Below, piece after piece: positions 37,258 to 46,239 of a stretch of DNA of 64,000 nucleotides (positions are counted from its first letter, which is position 1; the number at the start of each line of letters is the position of its first letter). This DNA comes from a virus. The position numbers were made by a program, and so were the translations under genes. The stretch covers positions 32,001 to 96,000 of IMG/VR virus record IMGVR_UViG_3300026445_000027; one strand, given 5' to 3'. Below the pieces are notes generated by a model. It had not been told where the DNA came from. It worked only from the letters and a program-made list of their open reading frames with translations, and did not search any database.

Positions 37258-40193
37258 TGCCGATCACCCAAGACCAGTTAACCGCGTTAGCGGATAACCC
37301 CGAACGTGGTATTGACATCCTGATCAACGATGTCGAGAACAACTTCTTTAACAAGCGTGTCCAGCTGAACAGCAAGACCCACCCGGCTATTCTGGCATAC
37401 GACTTGATCCTCGGTACCACCCACGGTGTGCTGAACCGTATCGACGATTCGATCAGCAAGTCTTTCCCCGACCATGCGCGGAATATCTCCGAGCTGGCCA
37501 AGCACATGGGTGACGAGGAAAAGATTGGTCTGTTTGGTATGCCTAGTAGTTGTACGCTGCTACTGGGTATTCAGATTGATGCCTTTAATAAGCTAGCAAA
37601 AGAAGAAACCGTAACGGTAGGGAAAATCACCAACAAGTACCGTGTGCTGTTGTTCCCAAAAGACACCGAGGTTTACTTCAACGGTATTCCTTTTGCTATC
37701 GAGAACGGTATCGAGATTCGTTTCCGTGACTCGTCAGGCTACCAGGTGGTTTACGACGAGAAGGTCCCTAACCCACAAGCGCCTGTTCAACAGAATATCT
37801 TGCAACGGGATTTCAAGACCGAGAACGGTGTTAACTTCCTGACTATCCAAGTGCCTGCTCGTCAGCTGGCTTGTAACCCAACTGAAGGTCTGACCTCCAA
37901 CGCCTCGTCTGGTTGCCGTGGGCAGATCACCTACTCCGATAACTTGTATAACGTACGTGCGTTTATCCAACGTGCCAACAGTAACGTTAAGCAAGAGATC
38001 AAGGTAGTGTTCGACCAAGACGTGTTCGACCAGAACAGTATCACGCTGGCGTTGAACATTGACACTACTAATAAGACCTTCAACTACGAGATCCCGGACG
38101 TTTACATCCAGGATGGTAGTGGTGTTGGTACTATCAGTATTTACACTTACACCACGCTGGGGGAACTGAACAAAGACTACCGCTCGATCCCATTGAAGGA
38201 AGTCAAGGTTAACTACCAAGACTACCGTTATGGCGCTGGTCGTCTGGGCGAGTACTCGGAAGGTATCCGTAACTCTGGTGCGATTGCCTGGGGTGCAATG
38301 ACTCCTACCCGCGGTGGTACTACACCTCCTCCATTCCTGGAGATCAAGCGTAGTTTCCTGTTGGGTCGCCGCCTGCGTACGTTGCCGATCACCAACAATA
38401 ACCTGGAAGGTACCGTAGAAGCTTCTGGCTATAACTCGGTTAAGGTAATCGACTACCTCACCGGTCGTCAGTACTCGATTACTAAAGAGTTGCCTATCCA
38501 GGAGAACAAAAGTTTCTACAGTGCCATGTCTTGCTTTGTTGGTAGCCACTTGGCTTCGGCTAACCAACTGGTGAACAGTGGTGTGGTACTGGACAACGGT
38601 AAGCGTATCACCATTCCACACAACGTGCTGTTTGACGTGACCGACTACACTACACAGCTGGTAACCAGTGTGGTCAAGAACCGTTACCTGGGTCTTACCA
38701 ACGAGGAACTGGTAGAACTCATTGCTAACCGTACGTTGGTGTACACCCCGTTCTACTACGTGATGGACCTTACCAACAACCAAGCGGTGCTGCGTACTTA
38801 CCACCTGGATGAACCAAAGCTTAACTACCAGACCTTCGTATCTGAGAACGAAGCGTTGGGTATCGAGGTCGGTGTAGGTTCTATTGATATCGAACACCAG
38901 GATGATGGCTACCTCATTACCCTGGTTACTCAGTCCAGTCAGTCGTACAAACAACTGGAGAACGACTCGGTCGGAATCCAGCTGTGCACGAATATCACTG
39001 ACTCGATCTCGTTGGCTAGTGTGCGTGGTACATTCTTCGGGTTGAATGAGAACGACGAACGTATTTGGCAATTCAAGCTGGATACCAACTACGACGTTGA
39101 TGTTAACGACGTAATCTATTTCACCAACCTGTGGATGTTTGGTCAGAAGCAGTACAGTGTAGGTACTCCACTGGATCTGAACATGTCGTTCATTTTCACA
39201 ATGGATGGCGACCCTGCTAGTACTGACACGCCTAGCGACCGAAAAATCGAACAGCCAATGTTTGAAGACCTGCAGCTGGCTATCATTGAGACCTCCTACT
39301 CGGTAACCCTGGGTAAACGTTTGGGTAACCTGTACAGCCGTATCCGGCCACTGGTTGGTGAGGGTCAGTACAAACGCTATGAGACCGATATCCCACAGCG
39401 TTATGAAGTCGATGAGCTTAAGCGCGACCCAGAAACTGGTAACTTGGTGTTTGACTCCCAGGGCAAAGTGATTATCCTGCATCGTGCAGGTGACATCGAA
39501 TACGCTCCTAACGGTCAGCCACGTCTGAAGTACCTGAAGAACGATATCGTCATGGACGAGAACGGTAACCCAGTTCCACTGGCTCCTCGTGATCTCCTAT
39601 ACCACTTCGACTTCATTGGTTTCGATGGTGCTTACTACTTCAGTCGTGATGATTACGATAAGGAGTTCGCCCAAGAGACCAAGGACCACTTCATCAACGT
39701 CATTAACGTCGACATGCAGTATTTCGACACACTGATGTTGGACCGTACCGGCCTGTTCTATCAACCACGTAGCAAGATCGGATCGCAGGAGGTCGTTGTT
39801 AACAGTAACTACCAGATGGCGCTCAAGCAAGACCTTAGCTTCGTGTTGGTGTACTACCTTTCGGAGACTGGCTACAAGAACCAGAACCTCAAAGAGTCCT
39901 TACTGGCTGCAAGCCCGCGCTTGATTAACCAGACACTTGCTGGGGCTACTCAGATCTCGACTGCTGAGCTTACTACTATTCTGTTGGCGGATGCGCCAGA
40001 AGACGTACGTGGTCTCAAACTGTCGGCACTGGCTGGTGACTCCACGATTGACATCATCAGTAACGAAGACGCGCTTACCGGTTTCGGTGTGCGTAAAGTC
40101 TTGCGTCTTACTAGTGACCAGTTGATCTCGGTACAAGAAGCGGTAGATGTAACGTTCATGCCTCACGACGTAAATATGGTAACAATCAAATAG
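37257..40193 (+). CDS. Large virion baseplate protein (phiKZ gp87-like by synteny)
   Basis: 978 aa, beta-rich, with a TAATG overlap. Confidence 0.65.
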   Translation: MPITQDQLTALADNPERGIDILINDVENNFFNKRVQLNSKTHPAILAYDLILGTTHGVLNRIDDSISKSFPDHARNISELAKHMGDEEKIGLFGMPSSCTLLLGIQIDAFNKLAKEETVTVGKITNKYRVLLFPKDTEVYFNGIPFAIENGIEIRFRDSSGYQVVYDEKVPNPQAPVQQNILQRDFKTENGVNFLTIQVPARQLACNPTEGLTSNASSGCRGQITYSDNLYNVRAFIQRANSNVKQEIKVVFDQDVFDQNSITLALNIDTTNKTFNYEIPDVYIQDGSGVGTISIYTYTTLGELNKDYRSIPLKEVKVNYQDYRYGAGRLGEYSEGIRNSGAIAWGAMTPTRGGTTPPPFLEIKRSFLLGRRLRTLPITNNNLEGTVEASGYNSVKVIDYLTGRQYSITKELPIQENKSFYSAMSCFVGSHLASANQLVNSGVVLDNGKRITIPHNVLFDVTDYTTQLVTSVVKNRYLGLTNEELVELIANRTLVYTPFYYVMDLTNNQAVLRTYHLDEPKLNYQTFVSENEALGIEVGVGSIDIEHQDDGYLITLVTQSSQSYKQLENDSVGIQLCTNITDSISLASVRGTFFGLNENDERIWQFKLDTNYDVDVNDVIYFTNLWMFGQKQYSVGTPLDLNMSFIFTMDGDPASTDTPSDRKIEQPMFEDLQLAIIETSYSVTLGKRLGNLYSRIRPLVGEGQYKRYETDIPQRYEVDELKRDPETGNLVFDSQGKVIILHRAGDIEYAPNGQPRLKYLKNDIVMDENGNPVPLAPRDLLYHFDFIGFDGAYYFSRDDYDKEFAQETKDHFINVINVDMQYFDTLMLDRTGLFYQPRSKIGSQEVVVNSNYQMALKQDLSFVLVYYLSETGYKNQNLKESLLAASPRLINQTLAGATQISTAELTTILLADAPEDVRGLKLSALAGDSTIDIISNEDALTGFGVRKVLRLTSDQLISVQEAVDVTFMPHDVNMVTIK

Positions 40194-40202
40194 CAACCCC
40201 TA

Positions 40203-40234
40203 CTACCCCTACTCCCGCAAGGGAGTAGGGGTAG
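40203..40234. terminator. Bidirectional terminator hairpin
   Basis: CTACCCCTACTCCC-GCAA-GGGAGTAGGGGTAG between convergent genes. Confidence 0.85.
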
Positions 40235-40241
40235 GTAAGGA

Positions 40242-40985
40242 TTACATTTCCAACACGATTTCCAGCTTGACTACGAGCTCGTTCAAATACTCAGCAAACA
40301 GCTGGGTAATGTTAAGCTCTGCCAGGTAACGGTCAGCTTCCCACTTCACGCCGTGCAGACTGGTGTAGTCATCGGTGTAATGCACGTCCTTGTTGCGACG
40401 TTCCAGGAAGCGATTATGAGCTGCTTTGAGATCGGTATCGAACTCAGTCAGCATCAGGTAGTCGCCGTCTTCAATACACTGGGAATTGACAATGTAGTCT
40501 TTCCAGGTAGGGGTCTCGGCTACTTCTTCAACACTAAGCTCGAACGAGCAATACTTAACGCCTTCAATGTAAGTGAGTACGTTTTTACGGAACTCATTCA
40601 CAGCATCCAGACCGATTGGGTCATTGATGTCGAATTGGTTAAGCTTGGCCAACACCACGCCTACGGTGCGCTCGATATACTCGTGCGCTTCCAGTACGTA
40701 CTCCACAGCGGGTTTCATATCGCCGAGCAGGTTAGCCACTGCATAAGGCGGCAGCGGTGCGTACATGATGGTGTTGGAGTTCTCGCGGGGGAAGTTAACT
40801 ACCAGGCGCGCCAGTAACTTCTTGGCATCGCTAGACTCGCCCCAGATGGTCTTGATAATGGTGCGAGCAATGGGCATGCTTACACCACGGCCTAACTCTT
40901 CTTTGATCATGCCCATTGATTCTTGAGCTTCACGAATACGAGTGTCGGCAATACCTTTCTTGGTACTCAAGGTATCCCAGATCAT
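40242..40985 (-). CDS. Hypothetical protein
   Basis: Probable start at the ATGA overlap (40985) with a GGAG SD; alternative start at 40997. Confidence 0.65.
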   Translation of the reverse strand: MIWDTLSTKKGIADTRIREAQESMGMIKEELGRGVSMPIARTIIKTIWGESSDAKKLLARLVVNFPRENSNTIMYAPLPPYAVANLLGDMKPAVEYVLEAHEYIERTVGVVLAKLNQFDINDPIGLDAVNEFRKNVLTYIEGVKYCSFELSVEEVAETPTWKDYIVNSQCIEDGDYLMLTEFDTDLKAAHNRFLERRNKDVHYTDDYTSLHGVKWEADRYLAELNITQLFAEYLNELVVKLEIVLEM

Positions 40986-42529
40986 GCTTTTCTCCATCCG
41001 ACCTGACGGGCGAAGTTGTTGTAGGTTTCTTTGAGTTCCTTCAGGTTGGGCTCAATCACTGCATGCAGTGTACCGCTAGCCCGTTCCATGAAGGTTTTAG
41101 CATCCGCATCCTTGATAAACATCAAAGGCTGTGGACGACCCTTCTTATCCAGCAACGGCTTGTGCCCGTGTGCCTTGGCATCAGCAACTGCGGCCATCAT
41201 GATGTCCAGGTCACCGATTACCCCACCCATGTAGTAAGCATAGGTACGGTTGTGCCATTCCACCAGGTTGATGATCTGCTTCTGCACCACGTTCAGCGAC
41301 TGCGACACACTGTAGCAGAACTGGGTAAAGTTCCGCACTTCCATGGTCATACGCTGGTACTCAGCAGTAAGCTGGTGCTGCTTAGGCAGTTTGGTGTAAC
41401 CGTAGAAACTGTTCATGTCTTCGATTTTGTCTGCATCAGACTTGTCGATCAACTCACCCAGTTCTTTCCAATTGATACCGCTGAGGTCCAACTGTTTGTC
41501 GGAGATCTCTTGGTAGCGCTTGTTGAGTGCCTGGATGTTAACGAACAGTTGTGGGATATCCTGCGGAGCCAACTGAATGGTTTGCGTGTGGATATCCTGC
41601 TTGAGCTTAGCACGGACTTTGTCAAACCCTTCGGTCAGTTCTTCATTAGTGAAGCTGACTTTGTAGAGTTCTTCGTAGACCTTACCGACTACGACAGTAA
41701 TAGGCTGGACGTCCAGGCTAGCCTTGACTTCCTCGATGCCTTTAACTACACGCACGGCTTCAGGGGAATCCCCCATGCTCAGTTGCTCACCACGGCTACG
41801 ACGCGCCACAAACTGTTTGTGCTCTTCTTTCAAGGTCTTCTTGAATCGACGAGCAGCCTGGTCGGCTTTGTTGCTAGCCTGATTCAGTTTGGACACGGCA
41901 TCCTTGAGCAAAGGCAGTGCGGTGTGCAGGCCCTTGATCGAGTCCATATCCTTTTCCATTTTGGATTTAAGGATGTGGAGCTGGGTGACCGGAGACTTGC
42001 CTGGAGCCATCTCGCCCAGATAAGCCTCTACGTTGTACGTAGCCGCAGGGAAGCCCAGACCTTTGAGAGTCTCAGCAAACTGTTGTTTCAGATCATCCAA
42101 GGAGTCATCGATCTCCTTATTGATACGCGCAGACTTACGGAAACCGAAGAAGGTCTTGACGATGTCCACTACCCAGTCAATAGCCATACGGATATAACGG
42201 ATAACAGCTGCAACACCTTCCTTGAATTTCTCAGCTACGTAGCCAAAGAACCCTTCTGCACCGGTACGAGCGTTACGCTCCGATGGGAAAGGATCATAGC
42301 GGTTAGCACCATCGAGGTCTAACTGCTTAGCGATATCGCGGGACAACTTACCCATAGACAACTGCTCGAAGCCCTGCATCATTACAGTGCCTTCTTGCTG
42401 GTTGGTCTCTTTGAAGTATTCGTCCAGGTCGACTCGCTGTTTACCCGAACCTGGCTGATATGAATCAGTGGGGCTCGAGTTACCTACCTGCTTGTAGGAA
42501 TCGATTTGTTCCCCAGCTTCATCACTCAT
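40982..42529 (-). CDS. Internal head/ejection protein (phiKZ gp86-like by synteny)
   Basis: 515 aa; propeptide with GFE/GAE, then GFFGYV...WVVDIVKTFFG amphipathic helix. Confidence 0.65.
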   Translation of the reverse strand: MSDEAGEQIDSYKQVGNSSPTDSYQPGSGKQRVDLDEYFKETNQQEGTVMMQGFEQLSMGKLSRDIAKQLDLDGANRYDPFPSERNARTGAEGFFGYVAEKFKEGVAAVIRYIRMAIDWVVDIVKTFFGFRKSARINKEIDDSLDDLKQQFAETLKGLGFPAATYNVEAYLGEMAPGKSPVTQLHILKSKMEKDMDSIKGLHTALPLLKDAVSKLNQASNKADQAARRFKKTLKEEHKQFVARRSRGEQLSMGDSPEAVRVVKGIEEVKASLDVQPITVVVGKVYEELYKVSFTNEELTEGFDKVRAKLKQDIHTQTIQLAPQDIPQLFVNIQALNKRYQEISDKQLDLSGINWKELGELIDKSDADKIEDMNSFYGYTKLPKQHQLTAEYQRMTMEVRNFTQFCYSVSQSLNVVQKQIINLVEWHNRTYAYYMGGVIGDLDIMMAAVADAKAHGHKPLLDKKGRPQPLMFIKDADAKTFMERASGTLHAVIEPNLKELKETYNNFARQVGWRKA

Positions 42530-42932
42530 TGCCGTGCTCCAGTTCTTTGGACAGGTACTGTACCAGTTCGTTGAAACCAGGTGCTTCGGCGACGTTCACT
42601 TCCAAGCCTTCTTCTTGCGGCCAGGTATTGAACTGCTTGGCGCAAGGCAGAGTACCCGAAGTAGCCAGGGCGCCAGCAATCAGGTTGGTACGGCTGAACA
42701 CCGAGTTGTGGATGTAGGGAGCGTTAACTGGCGACACGCGGTTCCAGCATTCCAGCTGCTTCCACAGCTTGGCTTTGAACGCTTCTACGTTATGACCTGG
42801 GTGGCTGTAGTTGACCATCAGCGCTGCGCGGATGTAAGCCTCGTTGAGCAGGTGGGACTGCTCCATTGGGCAGAGCACACCTTTCTCGGTCAGGAAGTTC
42901 TTGATAGGCAATACGTGGACGAGATGCGACAT
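42522..42932 (-). CDS. Small virion/hypothetical protein (phiKZ gp85-like by synteny)
   Basis: 136 aa with an AGGAG SD. Confidence 0.6.
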   Translation of the reverse strand: MSHLVHVLPIKNFLTEKGVLCPMEQSHLLNEAYIRAALMVNYSHPGHNVEAFKAKLWKQLECWNRVSPVNAPYIHNSVFSRTNLIAGALATSGTLPCAKQFNTWPQEEGLEVNVAEAPGFNELVQYLSKELEHGNE

Positions 42933-42944
42933 AGGGTTAACTCC

Positions 42945-44306
42945 TTATGCGAGGGTTTTTAGACGCTCAGCGAAGACCGTCATTTCGTTATTGACAAGTG
43001 CTTGAGTAAAGTGCTCGTGTTCGGACTTCTTGAAATCAGAACCTTTCAGCAACCAGCCAAGCATGCGCTTAAGGGCAGTACCCTCGTACCATGGCTTGAT
43101 GGTCTTGTTGATCTCGAGGAGTTTCTCGATATCTTTGAGCAATTCGGCTTTATCGGCAACTGGCATTTCTACTTCTTTCAGCTTGGCGATCAATTGTCGC
43201 ACAGCGTCTTCGAAGCGACGATGGTTGGAGTTGTACACCCCATGGAAGCCAGGCATGAAATACCCGATAACCGTGGCTACCAGGAAAATAAGCAACCCAC
43301 CTGCTGCCAGTACACTGAGTGGCACACCGGCCAATGCTAAGGTCAGCAGAGACCCGGCAAACAGCATAGCACTGATCAGGGTATAGACAATGCCGAACAT
43401 CATTGCGTTCATCACAGTCATGATGCAACCGTGGTCTACCAATGCGCCGATTGCTGCTACTACAGCCTTACCGCAACCCATACGGATGGCATAGACGTCA
43501 GCGATGACCTCACTAGACATCTCTTCTACACCGAGCGACAATGCCCGGGAGGTATTACGTTGCGCTACCAGCTTGTTGAAGAACAACAGCATAGCAGCGT
43601 CGCTTTCGTCTTGAGCGATCTCCTGGAGTTCTTGCTGCTTAGGTGCAGGTAGCTCCAGGAGCTGCGCTGTGTCTTTCAGCACAGTAATACGTTCTTCACG
43701 AGACTGACCCCCACGATAGTGGTTCAGTGCAGCACGAGCGATAACGTTGTCTGCGGCCATGGTAGCCATCAGCGCACAACCACCGTAGCAGTGACCCATC
43801 TCGTGTGTGATAGCACCGCTCAGTACTTCGTGCATCGGCACTTCGTACTTTTCGATTTTATCACTAGGGAAAGTTAGCTTGAGGTTGACGTTAATTTTCA
43901 TGGTAATAGGCAGGTCCTGGAAACTACCAGTGACCCGACCAGTACGGAAATCAACACCACCTTCAAAGACTTTCTCTTTGTTCTTTACGAACCACTTGTA
44001 AAGAGTGGTTTCCGCAGGCTTTAGGAACTCGTCCAGCCCTTTGGAGTTGAGTACGTGTTTGGGAGAAAAGTAGCCGACGTTGACCGAGAGGTTGCCATCT
44101 TCCACGAGTTCTATCTTGATATTACGAAAACCAATATACTCTTTGATAATGTCTTTGATGCCTTGGTAAGCATCCTTGGACAAAACCAGTTGCCCGTTTA
44201 TCATCTCTGCCAAATGGCTAGATAATTTTCTGTGAAAATCATCGCTTTGAAAATCGATGAATTCCAGACCTCCCCGTTGCATGGTCAGGAACGACATGGA
44301 AAGCAT
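42945..44306 (-). CDS. Head protein with zincin metallopeptidase motif and TM helices (phiKZ gp84-like by synteny)
   Basis: HEMGH (HExxH) plus a downstream EVIAD and a long hydrophobic region. N-terminal GGLE site. Start moved to 44306 (GGGGTGG SD). Confidence 0.65.
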   Translation of the reverse strand: MLSMSFLTMQRGGLEFIDFQSDDFHRKLSSHLAEMINGQLVLSKDAYQGIKDIIKEYIGFRNIKIELVEDGNLSVNVGYFSPKHVLNSKGLDEFLKPAETTLYKWFVKNKEKVFEGGVDFRTGRVTGSFQDLPITMKINVNLKLTFPSDKIEKYEVPMHEVLSGAITHEMGHCYGGCALMATMAADNVIARAALNHYRGGQSREERITVLKDTAQLLELPAPKQQELQEIAQDESDAAMLLFFNKLVAQRNTSRALSLGVEEMSSEVIADVYAIRMGCGKAVVAAIGALVDHGCIMTVMNAMMFGIVYTLISAMLFAGSLLTLALAGVPLSVLAAGGLLIFLVATVIGYFMPGFHGVYNSNHRRFEDAVRQLIAKLKEVEMPVADKAELLKDIEKLLEINKTIKPWYEGTALKRMLGWLLKGSDFKKSEHEHFTQALVNNEMTVFAERLKTLA

Positions 44307-44380
44307 GGCTACCACCCCTATATTTTTAACTGAGTCGCTATGGATATAGCGCAAAATCGGCATAAAATGCAGGCCAAATA

Positions 44381-46183
44381 ATGACCACTACGAATTCACC
44401 AATTGTAGCTAGAGTTTGTAAAAGTGCTGGCTATAGTCTGCATCAAAGCGACCGTAGTCAAGACTTGTTGTGTGCAAAGATCACCAACATCCACGAAGAC
44501 GGTAGCCGTACCAATTCTTTCATTGCAATCAAGAACTACAAACAACCGTTCTGGATTGTAAAAGATGTACACCGTAAGTTCGAGCAACACAAGGATTACA
44601 TCAAAGAAACAATGGTTCGCGAGTACCGGTCACCACGGTGCCGTATCCCGTTTGAGGTCAAGAAACAGCTTTATGGAGCGGCAGACTATAAAGCTAGTAT
44701 GCGTGATGTTAAGTCTGAACAGTTTGTATTTGGTTTAGACCAGACCCCGCCAGTACACTTCAAGCGTCGGTTCTTTGAGAAATACGGGGAGATCCAAGAG
44801 AAAGAACCTTACACCTTAGCAGCGTTCGACGTCGAAGCCGACATGGATAAGCCGGACCAGCCGATTATCTGTGCTTCGGTCACCATGAAGGACAAGGCAT
44901 ATTTCGCTGGGGTGCGTAGCTGGTATAAAGAGGATAGTGATGAGACTATTCTCAGTAAACTTAAAGCGGCTGAAGACAAGTACGTTAAGGAACACGTTGA
45001 GCGTCGTAAGTGCAAGATTGTTTACGAACTGTTCGACACACCTGGTCAAGTAGTAGCGGCTTGTATCGGTAAGTTCCACGAGTGGGAACCAGACTGGGTA
45101 GCTAGCTGGAACGCAGCTTACGATATGGAAGCTTGCGAGAAGGCGCTTATCAAGGAAGGGTACAACCTAGCCGATATCTACTGCGACCCACGTGTACCTA
45201 AAGAGTTCCGCTCGTACGAGTACAACCCTGGTCGTACCCACAAGGTTAAAGAGAACGGTGATCGCACACCACTCGAGCCACAAGAGAAATTCCCAAGTGT
45301 CAGATGTCAGGCTACTTGGAAGTGGGCAGATGCCATGTCGGTATACGCCATTAAACGCTTCCCGTTCGGTAAGTTGGAATCGTACTCACTGGAAGCGATT
45401 GCTACTCGTGAGGAAGTGCCTGGTAAACTGTACACCGAGGAAGGCCGCGGGTGGGGTAACGGATCGCCACAGTGGCACCGGAACATGCAGCGTCAGCAGA
45501 AGTACCTGTACTCGATCTACAACATTGCCGATAACTGGCCGATTGAAGAGATCAACGAGAAGACGTTCGACTTCACACTGTCGTTACCGATGCTGTTAAG
45601 GTACTCTGAGTACTTCAACTTTGTGTCACAACCGACACTGATCTCGGATACCTTGTCGTTCGTGGCTAAAGAGCACGGTTATGTATGGGGTAGTACACCA
45701 CCTCGTCGTGATGACTTCTTTACTTCGCGTCTGCCTACACTGGGTGACTGGATTGCTCTGCTTGACACCGAGAAAAACTCGAGTCAGGGTAGCTTCCTGT
45801 TTGCTGGTCTGGAAGACGTACAGTCTCAAGGTCGTGCTGCTACATCTGACTTGGACGTGGAGGGTGCATACCCAACTGGTACACTGACTGGTAACGTGTC
45901 TAACACTACTACCATGATGGAAGTATATCGTATCCAAGGTGCTGACTCGATGCAGCTGCGTGAGATTGCTGTTAACTACGCAAGTAGTCCAGCGGCTAAC
46001 GCAATCAGTCTGGCTAACAAACTGTATGGCTTCCCACGTATCTCCGAACTCAAAGATGTGTTCGAGCGTTGCCTGGGTGAGCGCGGTATGGAAGCACAGC
46101 TGTACACGCTGCAGAATGCTAAACCGAAACCTGCTCCTGTTGTTGACGAAACCCTTAACCCAGACCTGCCAATGGCAGCATAA
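44381..46183 (+). CDS. Split B-family DNA polymerase, exonuclease-containing subunit (phiKZ gp82-like)
   Basis: ExoI FDVEAD, ExoII SWNAAYD, ExoIII YNIAD, and PolB motif A-like DLDVEGAYP; no motifs B or C. Confidence 0.75.
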   Translation: MTTTNSPIVARVCKSAGYSLHQSDRSQDLLCAKITNIHEDGSRTNSFIAIKNYKQPFWIVKDVHRKFEQHKDYIKETMVREYRSPRCRIPFEVKKQLYGAADYKASMRDVKSEQFVFGLDQTPPVHFKRRFFEKYGEIQEKEPYTLAAFDVEADMDKPDQPIICASVTMKDKAYFAGVRSWYKEDSDETILSKLKAAEDKYVKEHVERRKCKIVYELFDTPGQVVAACIGKFHEWEPDWVASWNAAYDMEACEKALIKEGYNLADIYCDPRVPKEFRSYEYNPGRTHKVKENGDRTPLEPQEKFPSVRCQATWKWADAMSVYAIKRFPFGKLESYSLEAIATREEVPGKLYTEEGRGWGNGSPQWHRNMQRQQKYLYSIYNIADNWPIEEINEKTFDFTLSLPMLLRYSEYFNFVSQPTLISDTLSFVAKEHGYVWGSTPPRRDDFFTSRLPTLGDWIALLDTEKNSSQGSFLFAGLEDVQSQGRAATSDLDVEGAYPTGTLTGNVSNTTTMMEVYRIQGADSMQLREIAVNYASSPAANAISLANKLYGFPRISELKDVFERCLGERGMEAQLYTLQNAKPKPAPVVDETLNPDLPMAA

Positions 46184-46192
46184 CAGACATAA

Positions 46193-46226
46193 CCCTACCC
46201 TAGCCCTTAGCGGGGCTAGGGTAGGG
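46193..46226. terminator. Bidirectional terminator hairpin
   Basis: CCCTACCCTAGCCC/GGGCTAGGGTAGGG between convergent genes. Confidence 0.85.
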
Positions 46227-46239
46227 ACTATGCACGCAA

